A stretch of DNA of 64,000 nucleotides from the NCBI GenBank assembly GCA_964057225.1, contig OZ059895.1, forward strand, positions 3,658,001-3,722,000. The letters run 5' to 3'. Positions 23,801 to 38,856 of the stretch are shown in pieces (position 1 is the stretch's first letter; each line of letters starts with the position of its first letter). This DNA is from Auanema rhodensis (Eukaryota > Animalia > Nematoda). A program made the translations under genes and the position numbers. The notes beneath the pieces were generated by a model that did not search any database, was not told the origin of the DNA, and saw only the letters and a list, made by a program, of their open reading frames with translations.

Positions 23801-26800
23801 GTTTTCTAAACTTTGATTAAGAACTTTGATTTTTGTACACCCATAAATTATACGCAGCACAGGTTACCCTTAAATAATGAACTGACCGACTAATCAGACA
23901 TGGATCTTTCCTAGTTCTGTTGCTTGAATGGATGTTTTCCTACGTAGGCTAGTAAAACATGCCCTTCAAAGCATCAGAACATGTGATCACATTCCAATTT
24001 TTTTGTATCTATCTTGTAAAGATAGTAATATATCATATGTTGAACACTATGTTGGAAAGATTTTAATTCAGATTTTCGAACTTTTATTCAGTTTGTTTTT
24101 TAAACTTTGAATAAGAACTTTGATTTTTGTACACCCATAAATTATACGCAGCACAGGTTAGCCTTAAATAATGAACTGACCGACTAATCAGACATGGATC
24201 TTTCCTAGTTCTGTTGCTTGAATGGATGTTTTCCTACGTAGGCTTTTAAAACATGCCCTTCAAAGCATCAGAACATGTGATCACATTCCAATTTTTTCGT
24301 ATCTATCTTGTAAAGATAGTAATAAACTTTGATTTTTGTACACCCATAAATTTTACGCAGCACAGGTTACCCTTAAATAATGAACTGACCGACTAATCAG
24401 ACATGGATCTTTCCAAGTTCTGTTGCTTGAACGGATGTTTTCCTACGTAGGCTAGTAAAACATGCCCTTCAAAGCATCAGAACATGTGATCACATTCCAA
24501 TTTTTTTGTATCTATCTTGTAAAGATAGTAATATATCATATGTTGAACACTATGTTGGAAAGATTTTAATTCAGATTTTCGAACTTTTATTCAGTTTGTT
24601 TTTTAAACTTTGATTAAGAACTTTGATTTTTGTACACCCATAAATTATACGCAGCACAGGTTACCCTTAATTAATGAACTGACCGACTAATCAGACATGG
24701 ATCTTTCCAAGTTCTGTTGCTTGAACGGATGTTTTCCTACGTAGGCTAGTAAAACATGCCCTTCAAAGCATCAGAACATGTGACCACATTCCAATTTTTT
24801 TGTATCTATCTTGTAAAGATAGTAATATATCATATGTTGAACACTATGTTGGAAAGATTTTAATTCAGATTTTTTCAACTTTCACTCAGTTTGTTTTCTA
24901 AACTTTGATTAAGAACCTTGAGTTTTGTACACCCATAAATTATACGCAGCACAGGTTACCCTTAAATAATGAACTGACCGACTAATCAGACATGGATCTT
25001 CCCAAGTTCTGTTGCTTGAATGGATGTTTTCCTACAGAGGCTAGTAAAACATGCCCTTCAAAGCATCAGAACATGTGATCACATTCCAATTTTTTTGTAT
25101 CTATCTTGTAAAGATAGTAATAAACTTCGATTTTTGTACACCCATAAATTATACGCAGCACAGGTTACCCTTAAATAATGAACTGACCGACTAATCAGAC
25201 ATGGATCTTTCCAAGTTCTGTTGCTTGAACGGATGTTTTCCTACGTAGGCTAGTAAAACATGCCCTTCAAAGCATCAGAACATGTGACCACATTCCAATT
25301 TTTTTGTATCTATCTTGTAAAGATAGTGATATATCATATGTTGAACACTATGTTCGAAAGATTTTAATTCAGATTTTTTCAACTTTCACTCAGTTTGTTT
25401 TCTAAACTTTGATTAAGAACCTTGTTGTTTGTACACCCATAAAATATACGCAGCACAGGTTACCCTTAAATAATGAACTGACCGACTAATCAGACATGGA
25501 TCTTTCCTAGTTCTGTTGCTTGAATGGATGTTTTCCTACGTAGGCTAGTAAAACATGCCCTTCAAAGCATCAGAACATGTGATCACATTCCAATTTTTTT
25601 GTATCTATCTTGTAAAGATAGTAATATATCATATGTTGAACACTATGTTGGAAAGATTTTAATTCAGATTTTCTAACTTTTAATCAGTTTGTTTTTTAAA
25701 CTTTGATTAAGAACTTTGATTTTTGTACACCCATAAATTATACGCAGCACAGGTTACCCTTAAATAATGAACTGACCGACTAATCAGACATGGATCTTTC
25801 CTAGTTCTGTTGCTTGAATGGATGTTTTCCTACGTAGGCTAGTAAAACATGCCCTTCAAAGCATCAGAACATGTGACCACATTCCAATTTTTTTGTATCT
25901 ATCTTGTAAAGATAGTAATAAACTTTGATTTTTGTACACCCATAAATTATACGCAGCACAGGTTACCCTTAAATAATGAAATGACCGACTAATCAGACAT
26001 GGATCTTTCCAAGTTCTGTTGCTTGAACGGATGTTTTCCTACGTAGGCTAGTAAAACATGCCCTTCAAAGCATCAGAACATGTGATCACATTCCAATTTT
26101 TTTGTATCTATCTTGTAAAGATAGTAATATATCATATGTTGAACACTATGTTGGAAAGATTTTAATTCAGATTTTCGAACTTTTATACGCAGCACAGGTT
26201 ACCCTTAATTAATGAACTGACCGACTAATCAGACATGGATCTTTCCAAGTTCTGTTGCTTGAATGGATGTTTTCCTACGTAGGCTAGTAAAACATGCCCT
26301 TCAAAGCATCAGAACATGTGATCACATTCCAATTTTTTCGTATCTATCTTGTAAAGATAGTAATAAACTTTGATTTTCGTACACCCATAAATTATACGCA
26401 GCACAGGTTACCCTTAAATAATGAACTGACCGACTAATCATACATGGATCTTTCCAAGTTCTGTTGCTTGAACGGATGTTTTCCTACGTAGGCTAGTAAA
26501 ACATGCCCTTCAAAGCATCAGAACATGTGATCACATTCCAATTTTTTTGTATCTATCTTGTAAAGATAGTAATATATCATATGTTGAACACTATGTTGGA
26601 AAGATTTTAATTCAGATTTTCGAACTTTTATTCAGTTTGTTTTTTAAACTTTGAATAAGAACTTTGATTTTTGTACACCCATAAATTATACGCAGCACAG
26701 GTTACCCTTAATTAATGAACTGACCGACTAATCAGACATGGATCTTTCCAAGTTCTGTTGCTTGAATGGATGTTTTCCTACGTAGGCTAGTAAAACATGC

Positions 26801-28476
26801 CCTTCAAAGCATCAGAACATGTGATCACATTCCAATTTTTTTGTATCTATCTTGTAAAGATAGTAATATATCATATGTTGAACACTATGTTGGAAAGATT
26901 TTAATACAGATTTTCTAACTTTTAATCAGTTTGTTTTTTAAACTTTGATTAAGAACTTTGATTTTTGTACACCCATAAATTATACGCAGCACAGGTTACC
27001 CTTAAATAATGAACTGACCGACTAATCAGACATGGATCTTTCCTAGTTCTGTTGCTTGAATGGATGTTTTCCTACGTAGGCTAGTAAAACATGCCCTTCA
27101 AAGCATCAGAACATGTGATCACATTCCAATTTTTTTGTATCTATCTTGTAAAGATAGTAATAAACTTTGATTTTTGTACACCCATAAATTATACGCAGCA
27201 CAGGTTACCCTTAAATAATGAACTGACCGAATAATCAGACATGGATCTTTCCTAGTTCTGTTGCTTGAATGGATGTTTTCCTACGTAGGCTAGTAAAACA
27301 TGCCCTTCAAAGCATCAGAACATGTGACCACATTCCAATTTTTTTGTATCTATCTTGTAAAGATAGTAATAAACTTTGATTTTTGTACACCCATAAATTA
27401 TACGCAGCACAGGTTACCCTTAATTAATGAACTGACCGACTAATCAGACATGGATCTTTCCAAGTTCTGTTGCTTGAATGGATGTTTTCCTACGTAGGCT
27501 AGTAAAACATGCCCTTCAAAGCATCAGAACATGTGATCACATTCCAATTTTTTTGTATCTATCTTGTAAAGATAGTAATATATCATATGTTGAACACTAT
27601 GTTGGAAAGATTTTAATTCAGATTTTCTAACTTTTAATCAGTTTGTTTTTTAAACTTTGATTAAGAACTTTGATTTTTGTACACCCATAAATTATACGCA
27701 GCACAGGTTACCCTTAAATAATGAACTGACCGACTAATCAGACATGGATCTTTCCTAGTTCTGTTGCTTGAATGGATGTTTTCCTACGTAGGCTTTTAAA
27801 ACATGCCCTTCAAAGCATCAGAACATGTGATCACATTCCAATTTTTTCGTATCTATCTTGTAAAGATAGTAATAAACTTTGATTTTTGTACACCCATAAA
27901 TTATACGCAGCACAGGTTACCCTTAAATAATGAACTGACCGACTAATCAGACATGGATCTTTCCAAGTTCTGTTGCTTGAACGGATGTTTTCCTACGTAG
28001 GCTAGTAAAACATGCCCTTCAAAGCATCAGAACATGTGATCACATTCCAATTTTTTTGTATCTATCTTGTAAAGATAGTAATATATCATATGTTGAACAC
28101 TATGTTGGAAAGATTTTAATTCAGATTTTCGAACTTTTATTCAGTTTGTTTTTTAAACTTTGATTAAGAACTTTGATTTTTGTACACCCATAAATTATAC
28201 GCAGCACAGGTTACCCTTAATTAATGAACTGACCGACTAATCAGACATGGATCTTTCCAAGTTCTGTTGCTTGAACGGATGTTTTCCTACGTAGGCTAGT
28301 AAAACATGCCCTTCAAAGCATCAGAACATGTGACCACATTCCAATTTTTTTGTATCTATCTTGTAAAGATAGTAATATATCATATGTTGAACACTATGTT
28401 GGAAAGATTTTAATTCAGATTTTCGAACTTTTATTCAGTTTGTTTTTTAAACTTTGATTAAGAACCTTGAGTTTTG

Positions 28477-31400
28477 TACACCCATAAATTATACGCAGCA
28501 CAGGTTACCCTTAAATAATGAACTGACCGACTAATCAGACATGGATCTTCCCAAGTTCTGTTGCTTGAATGGATGTTTTCCTACAGAGGCTAGTAAAACA
28601 TGCCCTTCAAAGCATCAGAACATGTGATCACATTCCAATTTTTTTGTATCTATCTTGTAAAGATAGTAATAAACTTTGATTTTTTTACACCCATAAATTA
28701 TACGCAGCACAGGTTACCCTTAAATAATGAACTGACCGACTAATCAGACATGGATCTTTCCAAGTTCTGTTGCTTGAACGGATGTTTTCCTACGTAGGCT
28801 AGTAAAACATGCCCTTCAAAGCATCAGAACATGTGACCACATTCCAATTTTTTTGTATCTATCTTGTAAAGATAGTGATATATCATATGTTGAACACTAT
28901 GTTGGAAAGATTTTAATTCAGATTTTTTCAACTTTCACTCAGTTTGTTTTCTAAACTTTGATTAAGAACCTTGTTGTTTGTACACCCATAAAATATACGC
29001 AGCATAGGTTACCCTTAAATAATGAACTGACCGACTAATCAGACATGGATCTTTCCTAGTTCTGTTGCTTGAATGGATGTTTTCCTACGTAGGCTAGTAA
29101 AACATGCCCTTCAAAGCATCAGAACATGTGATCACATTCCAATTTTTTTGTATCTATCTTGTAAAGATAGTAATATATCATATGTTGAACACTATGTTGG
29201 AAAGATTTTAATTCAGATTTTCTAACTTTTAATCAGTTTGTTTTTTAAACTTTGATTAAGAACTTTGATTTTTGTACACCCATAAATTATACGCAGCACA
29301 GGTTACCCTTAAATAATGAACTGACCGACTAATCAGACATGGATCTTTCCTAGTTCTGTTGCTTGAATGGATGTTTTCCTACGTAGGCTAGTAAAACATG
29401 CCCTTCAAAGCATCAGAACATGTGACCACATTCCAATTTTTTTGTATCTATCTTGTAAAGATAGTAATAAAATTTGATTTTTGTACACCCATAAATTATA
29501 CGCAGCACAGGTTACCCTTAAATAATGAACTGACCGACTAATCAGACATGGATCTTTCCAACTTCTGTTGCTTGAACGGATGTTTTCCTACGTAGGCTAG
29601 TAAAACATGCCCTTCAAAGCATCAGAACATGTGATCACATTCCAATTTTTTTGTATCTATCTTGTAAAGATAGTAATATATCATATGTTGAACACTATGT
29701 TGGAAAGATTTTAATTCAGATTTTCGAACTTTTATACGCAGCACAGGTTACCCTTAATTAATGAACTGACCGACTAATCAGACATGGATCTTTCCAAGTT
29801 CTGTTGCTTGAATGGATGTTTTCCTACGTAGGCTAGTAAAACATGCCCTTCAAAGCATCAGAACATGTGATCACATTCCAATTTTTTTGTATCTATCTTG
29901 TAAAGATAGTAATATATCATATGTTGAACACTATGTTGGAAAGATTTTAATTCAGATTTTCTAACTTTTAATCAGTTTGTTTTTTAAACTTTGATTAAGA
30001 ACTTTGATTTTTGTACACCCATAAATTATACGCAGCACAGGTTACCCTTAAATAATGAACTGACCGACTAATCAGACATGGATCTTTCCTAGTTCTGTTG
30101 CTTGAATGGATGTTTTCCTACGTAGGCTTTTAAAACATGCCCTTCAAAGCATCAGAACATGTGATCACATTCCAATTTTTTCGTATCTATCTTGTAAAGA
30201 TAGTAATAAACTTTGATTTTTGTACACCCATAAATTATACGCAGCACAGGTTACCCTTAAATAATGAACTGACCGACTAATCAGACATGGATCTTTCCAA
30301 GTTCTGTTGCTTGAACGGATGTTTTCCTACGTAGGCTAGTAAAACATGCCCTTCAAAGCATCAGAACATGTGATCACATTCCAATTTTTTTGTATCTATC
30401 TTGTAAAGATAGTAATATATCATATGTTGAACACTATGTTGGAAAGATTTTAATTCAGATTTTCGAACTTTTATTCAGTTTGTTTTTTAAACTTTGATTA
30501 AGAACTTTGATTTTTGTACACCCATAAATTATACGCAGCACAGGTTACCCTTAATTAATGAACTGACCGACTAATCAGACATGGATCTTTCCAAGTTCTG
30601 TTGCTTGAACGGATGTTTTCCTACGTAGGCTAGTAAAACATGCCCTTCAAAGCATCAGAACATGTGACCACATTCCAATTTTTTTGTATCTATCTTGTAA
30701 AGATAGTAATATATCATATGTTGAACACTATGTTGGAAAGATTTTAATTCAGATTTTTTCAACTTTCACTCAGTTTGTTTTCTAAACTTTGATTAAGAAC
30801 CTTGAGTTTTGTACACCCATAAATTATACGCAGCACAGGTTACCCTTAAATAATGAACTGACCGACTAATCAGACATGGATCTTCCCAAGTTCTGTTGCT
30901 TGAATGGATGTTTTCCTACAGAGGCTAGTAAAACATGCCCTTCAAAGCATCAGAACATGTGATCACATTCCAATTTTTTTGTATCTATCTTGTAAAGATA
31001 GTAATAAACTTTGATTTTTTTACACCCATAAATTATACGCAGCACAGGTTACCCTTAAATAATGAACTGACCGACTAATCAGACATGGATCTTTCCAAGT
31101 TCTGTTGCTTGAACGGATGTTTTCCTACGTAGGCTAGTAAAACATGCCCTTCAAAGCATCAGAACATGTGACCACATTCCAATTTTTTTGTATCTATCTT
31201 GTAAAGATAGTGATATATCATATGTTGAACACTATGTTGGAAAGATTTTAATTCAGATTTTTTCAACTTTCACTCAGTTTGTTTTCTAAACTTTGATTAA
31301 GAACCTTGTTGTTTGTACACCCATAAAATATACGCAGCACAGGTTACCCTTAAATAATGAACTGACCGACTAATCAGACATGGATCTTTCCTAGTTCTGT

Positions 31401-33146
31401 TGCTTGAATGGATGTTTTCCTACGTAGGCTAGTAAAACATGCCCTTCAAAGCATCAGAACATGTGATCACATTCCAATTTTTTTGTATCTATCTTGTAAA
31501 GATAGTAATATATCATATGTTGAACACTATGTTGGAAAGATTTTAATTCAGATTTTCTAACTTTTAATCAGTTTGTTTTTTAAACTTTGATTAAGAACTT
31601 TGATTTTTGTACACCCATAAATTATACGCAGCACAGGTTACCCTTAAATAATGAACTGACCGACTAATGAGACATGGATCTTTCCTAGTTCTGTTGCTTG
31701 AATGGATGTTTTCCTACGTAGGCTAGTAAAACATGCCCTTCAAAGCATCAGAACATGTGACCACATTCCAATTTTTTTGTATCTATCTTGTAAAGATAGT
31801 AATAAAATTTGATTTTTGTACACCCATAAATTATACGCAGCACAGGTTACCCTTAAATAATGAACTGACCGACTAATCAGACATGGATCTTTCCAACTTC
31901 TGTTGCTTGAACGGATGTTTTCCTACGTAGGCTAGTAAAACATGCCCTTCAAAGCATCAGAACATGTGATCACATTCCAATTTTTTTGTATCTATCTTGT
32001 AAAGATAGTAATATATCATATGTTGAACACTATGTTGGAAAGATTTTAATTCAGATTTTCGAACTTTTATACGCAGCACAGGTTACCCTTAATTAATGAA
32101 CTGACCGACTAATCAGACATGGATCTTTCCAAGTTCTGTTGCTTGAATGGATGTTTTCCTACGTAGGCTAGTAAAACATGCCCTTCAAAGCATCAGAACA
32201 TGTGATCACATTCCAATTTTTTTGTATCTATCTTGTAAAGATAGTAATATATCATATGTTGAACACTATGTTGGAAAGATTTTAATTCAGATTTTCTAAC
32301 TTTTAATCAGTTTGTTTTTTAAACTTTGATTAAGAACTTTGATTTTTGTACACCCATAAATTATACGCAGCACAGGTTACCCTTAAATAATGAACTGACC
32401 GACTAATCAGACATGGATCTTTCCTAGTTCTGTTGCTTGAATGGATGTTTTCCTACGTAGGCTTTTAAAACATGCCCTTCAAAGCATCAGAACATGTGAT
32501 CACATTCCAATTTTTTCGTATCTATCTTGTAAAGATAGTAATAAACTTTGATTTTTGTACACCCATAAATTATACGCAGCACAGGTTACCCTTAAATAAT
32601 GAACTGACCGACTAATCAGACATGGATCTTTCCAAGTTCTGTTGCTTGAACGGATGTTTTCCTACGTAGGCTAGTAAAACATGCCCTTCAAAGCATCAGA
32701 ACATGTGATCACATTCCAATTTTTTTGTATCTATCTTGTAAAGATAGTAATATATCATATGTTGAACACTATGTTGGAAAGATTTTAATTCAGATTTTCG
32801 AACTTTTATTCAGTTTGTTTTTTAAACTTTGATTAAGAACTTTGATTTTTGTACACCCATAAATTATACGCAGCACAGGTTACCCTTAATTAATGAACTG
32901 ACCGACTAATCAGACATGGATCTTTCCAAGTTCTGTTGCTTGAACGGATGTTTTCCTACGTAGGCTAGTAAAACATGCCCTTCAAAGCATCAGAACATGC
33001 GACCACATTCCAATTTTTTTGTATCTATCTTGTAAAGATAGTAATATATCATATGTTGAACACTATGTTGGAAAGATTTTAATTCAGATTTTTTCAACTT
33101 TCACTCAGTTTGTTTTCTAAACTTTGATTAAGAACCTTGAGTTTTG
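28477..33146 (+). repeat. Two tandem copies of a 9-monomer higher-order repeat S-A-B-S-D-B-S-C-A (2335 bp)
   Basis: Private variants at 28686/31021 (TTTTTTACAC) and 29562/31897 (CAACTTCTG) are offset by 2335 = 3x209 + 2x295 + 3x294 + 236. Confidence 0.93.
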
Positions 33147-36100
33147 TACACCCATAAATTATACGCAGCACAGGTTACCCTTAAATAATGAACTGACCGA
33201 CTAATCAGACATGGATCTTCCCAAGTTCTGTTGCTTGAATGGATGTTTTCCTACAGAGGCTAGTAAAACATGCCCTTCAAAGCATCAGAACATGTGATCA
33301 CATTCCAATTTTTTTGTATCTATCTTGTAAAGATAGTAATATATCATATGTTGAACACTATGTTGGAAAGATTTTAATTCAGATTTTCTAACTTTTAATC
33401 AGTTTGTTTTTTAAACTTTGATTAAGAACTTTGATTTTTGTACACCCATAAATTATACGCAGCACAGGTTACCCTTAAATAATGAACTGACCGACTAATC
33501 AGACATGGATCTTTCCTAGTTCTGTTGCTTGAATGGATGTTTTCCTACGTAGGCTAGTAAAACATGCCCTTCAAAGCATCAGAACATGTGACCACATTCC
33601 AATTTTTTTGTATCTATCTTGTAAAGATAGTAATAAACTTTGATTTTTGTACACCCATAAATTATACGCAGCACAGGTTACCCTTAAATAATGAACTGAC
33701 CGACTAATCAGACATGGATCTTTCCAAGTTCTGTTGCTTGAACGGATGTTTTCCTACGTAGGCTAGTAAAACATGCCCTTCAAAGCATCAGAAAATGTGA
33801 TCACATTCCAATTTTTTTGTATCTATCTTGTAAAGATAGTAATATATCATATGTTGAACACTATGTTGGAAAGATTTTAATTCAGATTTTCGAACTTTTA
33901 TACGCAGCACAGGTTACCCTTAATTAATGAACTGACCGACTAATCAGACATGGATCTTTCCAAGTTCTGTTGCTTGAATGGATGTTTTCCTACGTAGGCT
34001 AGTAAAACATGCCCTTCAAAGCATCAGAACATGTGATCACATTCCAATTTTTTTGTATCTATCTTGTAAAGATAGTAATATATCATATGTTGAACACTAT
34101 GTTGGAAAGATTTTAATTCAGATTTTCTAACTTTTAATCAGTTTGTTTTTTAAACTTTGATTAAGAACTTTGATTTTTGTACACCCATAAATTATACGCA
34201 GCACAGATTACCCTTAAATAATGAACTGACCGACTAATCAGACATGGATCTTTCCTAGTTCTGTTGCTTGAATGGATGTTTTCCTACGTAGGCTTTTAAA
34301 ACATGCCCTTCAAAGCATCAGAACATGTGATCACATTCCAATTTTTTCGTATCTATCTTGTAAAGATAGTAATAAACTTTGATTTTTGTACACCCATAAA
34401 TTATACGCAGCACAGGTTACCCTTAAATAATGAACTGACCGACTAATCAGACATGGATCTTTCCAAGTTCTGTTGCTTGAACGGATGTTTTCCTACGTAG
34501 GCTAGTAAAACATGCCCTTCAAAGCATCAGAACATGTGACCACATTCCAATTTTTTTGTATCTATCTTGTAAAGATAGTGATATATCATATGTTGAACAC
34601 TATGTTGGAAAGATTTTAATTCAGATTTTTTCAACTTTCACTCAGTTTGTTTTCTAAACTTTGATTAAGAACCTTGTTGTTTGTACACCCATAAAATATA
34701 CGCAGCACAGGTTACCCTTAAATAATGAACTGACCGACTAATCAGACATGGATCTTTCCTAGTTCTGTTGCTTGAATGGATGTTTTCCTACGTAGGCTAG
34801 TAAAACATGCCCTTCAAAGCATCAGAACATGTGACCACATTCCAATTTTTTTGTATCTATCTTGTAAAGATAGTAATATATCATATGTTGAACACTATGT
34901 TGGAAAGATTTTAATTCAGATTTTCTAACTTTTAATCAGTTTGTTTTTTAAACTTTGATTAAGAACTTTGATTTTTGTACACCCATAAATTATACGCAGC
35001 ACAGGTTACCCTTAAATAATGAACTGACCAACTAATCAGACATGGATCTTTCCTAGTTCTGTTGCTTGAATGGATGTTTTCCTACGTAGGCTTTTAAAAC
35101 ATGCCCTTCAAAGCATCAGAACATGTGATCACATTCCAATTTTTTCGTATCTATCTTGTAAAGATAGTAATAAACTTTGATTTTTGTACACCCATAAATT
35201 ATACGCAGCACAGGTTACCCTTAAATAATGAACTGACCGACTAATCAGACATGGATCTTTCCAAGTTCTGTTGCTTGAACGGATGTTTTCCTACGTAGGC
35301 TAGTAAAACATGCCCTTCAAAGCATCAGAACATGTGACCACATTCCAATTTTTTTGTATCTATCTTGTAAAGATAGTGATATATCATAAGTTGAACACTA
35401 TGTTGGAAAGATTTTAATTCAGATTTTTTCAACTTTCACTCAGTTTGTTTTCTAAACTTTGATTAAGAACCTTGTTGTTTGTACACCCATAAAATATACG
35501 CAGCACAGGTTACCCTTAAATAATGAACTGACCGACTAATCAGACATGGATCTTTCCTAGTTCTGTTGCTTGAATGGATGTTTTCCTATGTAGGCTAGTA
35601 AAACATGCCCTTCAAAGCATCAGAACATGTGATCACATTCCAATTTTTTTGTATCTATCTTGTAAAGATAGTAATATATCATATGTTGAACACTATGTTG
35701 GAAAGATTTTAATTCAGATTTTCTAACTTTTTATCAGTTTGTTTTTTAAACTTTGATTAAGAACTTTGATTTTTGTACACCCATAAATTATACGCAGCAC
35801 AGGTTACCCTTAAATAATGAACTGACCGACTAATCAGACATGGATCTTTCCTAGTTCTGTTGCTTGAATGGATGTTTTCCTACGTAGGCTAGTAAAACAT
35901 GCCCTTCAAAGCATCAGAACATGTGACCACATTCCAATTTTTTTGTATCTATCTTGTAAAGATAGTAATAAACTTTGATTTTTGTACACCCATAAATTAT
36001 ACGCAGCACAGGTTACCCTTAAATAATGAACTGACCGACTAATCAGACATGGATCTTTCCAAGTTCTGTTGCTTGAACGGATGTTTTCCTACGTAGGCTA

Positions 36101-36813
36101 GTAAAACATGCCCTTCAAAGCATCAGAACATGTGATCACATTCCAATTTTTTTGTATCTATCTTGTAAAGATAGTAATATATCATATGTTGAACACTATG
36201 TTGGAAAGATTTTAATTCAGATTTTCGAACTTTTATACGCAGCACAGGTTACCCTTAATTAATGAACTGACCGACTAATCAGACATGGATCTTTCCAAGT
36301 TCTGTTGCTTGAATGGATGTTTTCCTACGTAGGCTAGTAAAACATGCCCTTCAAAGCATCATAACATGTGATCACATTCCAATTTTTTTGTATCTATCTT
36401 GTAAAGATAGTAATATATCATATGTTGAACACTATGTTGGAAAGATTTTAATTCAGATTTTCTAACTTTTAATCAGTTTGTTTTTTAAACTTTGATTAAG
36501 AACTTTGATTTTTGTACACCCATAAATTATACGCAGCACAGGTTACCCTTAAATAATGAACTGACCGACTAATCAGACATGGATCTTTCCTAGTTCTGTT
36601 GCTTGAACGGATGTTTTCCTACGTAGGCTAGTAAAACATGCCCTTCAAAGCATCAGAACATGTGATCACATTCCAATTTTTTTGTATCTATCTTGTAAAG
36701 ATAGTAATATATCATATGTTGAACACTATGTTGGAAAGATTTTAATTCAGATTTTCGAACTTTTATACGCAGCACAGGTTACCCTTAATTAATGAACTGA
36801 CCGACTAATCAGA

Positions 36814-36964
36814 CATGGATCTTTCCAAGTTCTGTTGCTTGAATGGATGTTTTCCTACGTAGGCTAGTAAAACATGCCCTTCAAAGCATCAGAACATGTG
36901 ATCACATTCCAATTTTTTTGTATCTATCTTGTAAAGATAGTAATATATCATATGTTGAACACTA
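36814..36964 (+). repeat. Unique 151-bp truncated monomer (143-bp deletion)
   Basis: Junction GTTGAACACTA|CATGGATC at 36964/36965; CATGG at 36814 and 36965. Confidence 0.93.
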
Positions 36965-38856
36965 CATGGATCTTTCCTAGTTCTGTTGCTTGAATGGATG
37001 TTTTCCTACGTAGGCTAGTAAAACATGCCCTTCAAAGCATCAGAACATGTGATCACATTCCAATTTTTCCGTATCTATCTTGTAAAGATAGTAATAAACT
37101 TTGATTTTTGTACACCCATAAATTATACGCAGCACAGGTTACCCTTAAATAATGAACTGACCGACTAATCAGACATGGATCTTTCCAAGTTCTGTTGCTT
37201 GAACGGATGTTTTCCTACGTAGGCTAGTAAAACATGCCCTTCAAAGCATCAGAACATGTGATCACATTCCAATTTTTTTGTATCTATCTTGTAAAGATAG
37301 TAATATATCATATGTTGAACACTATGTTGGAAAGATTTTAATTCAGATTTTCGAACTTTTATTCAGTTTGTTTTTTAAACTTTGATTAAGAACTTTGATT
37401 TTTGTACACCCATAAATTATACGCAGCACAGGTTACCCTTAATTAATGAACTGACCGACTAATCAGACATGGATCTTTCCAAGTTCTGTTGCTTGAACGG
37501 ATGTTTTCCTACGTAGGCTAGTAAAACATGCCCTTCAAAGCATCAGAACATGTGATCACATTCCAATTTTTTTGTATCTATCTTGTAAAGATAGTAATAA
37601 ACTTTGATTTTTGTACACCCATAAATTATACGCAGCACAGGTTACCCTTAAATAATGAACTGACCGACTAATCAGACATGGATCTTTCCAAGTTCTGTTG
37701 CTTGAACGGATGTTTTCCTACGTAGGCTAGTAAAACATGCCCTTCAAAGCATCAGAACATGTGACCACATTCCAATTTTTTTGTATCTATCTTGTAAAGA
37801 TAGTAATATATCATATGTTGAACACTATGTTGGAAAGATTTTAATTCAGATTTTTTCAACTTTCACTCAGTTTGTTTTCTAAACTTTGATTAAGAACCTT
37901 GTTGTTTGTACACCCATAAAATATACGCAGCACAGGTTACCCCTAAATAATGAACTGACCGACTAATCAGACATGGATCTTTCCTAGTTCTGTTGCTTGA
38001 ATGGATGTTTTCCTACGTAGGCTAGTAAAACATGCCCTTCAAAGCATCAGAACATGTGATCACATTCCAATTTTTTTGTATCTATCTTGTAAAGATAGTA
38101 ATATATCATATGTTGAACACTATGTTGGAAAGATTTTAATTCAGATTTTCTAACTTTTAATCAGTTTGTTTTTTAAACTTTGATTAAGAATTTTGATTTT
38201 TGTACACCCATAAATTATACGCAGCACAGGTTACCCTTAAATAATGAACTGACCGACTAATCAGACATGGATCTTTCCTAGTTCTGTTGCTTGAATGGAT
38301 GTTTTCCTACGTAGGCTAGTAAAACATGCCCTTCAAAGCATCAGAACATGTGACCACATTCCAATTTTTTTGTATCTATCTTGTAAAGATAGTAATAAAC
38401 TTTGATTTTTGTACACCCATAAATTATACGCAGCACAGGTTACCCTTAAATAATGAACTGACCGACTAATCAGACATGGATCTTTCCAAGTTCTGTTGCT
38501 TGAACGGATGTTTTCCTACGTAGGCTAGTAAAACATGCCCTTCAAAGCATCAGAACATGTGATCACATTCCAATTTTTTTGTATCTATCTTGTAAAGATA
38601 GTAATATATCATATGTTGAACACTATGTTGGAAAGATTTTAATTCAGATTTTCGAACTTTTATACGCAGCACAGGTTACCCTTAATTAATGAACTGACCG
38701 ACTAATCAGACATGGATCTTTCCAAGTTCTGTTGCTTGAATGGATGTTTTCCTACGTAGGCTAGTAAAACATGCCCTTCAAAGCATCAGAACATGTGATC
38801 ACATTCCAATTTTTTTGTATCTATCTTGTAAAGATAGTAATAAACTTTGATTTTTG

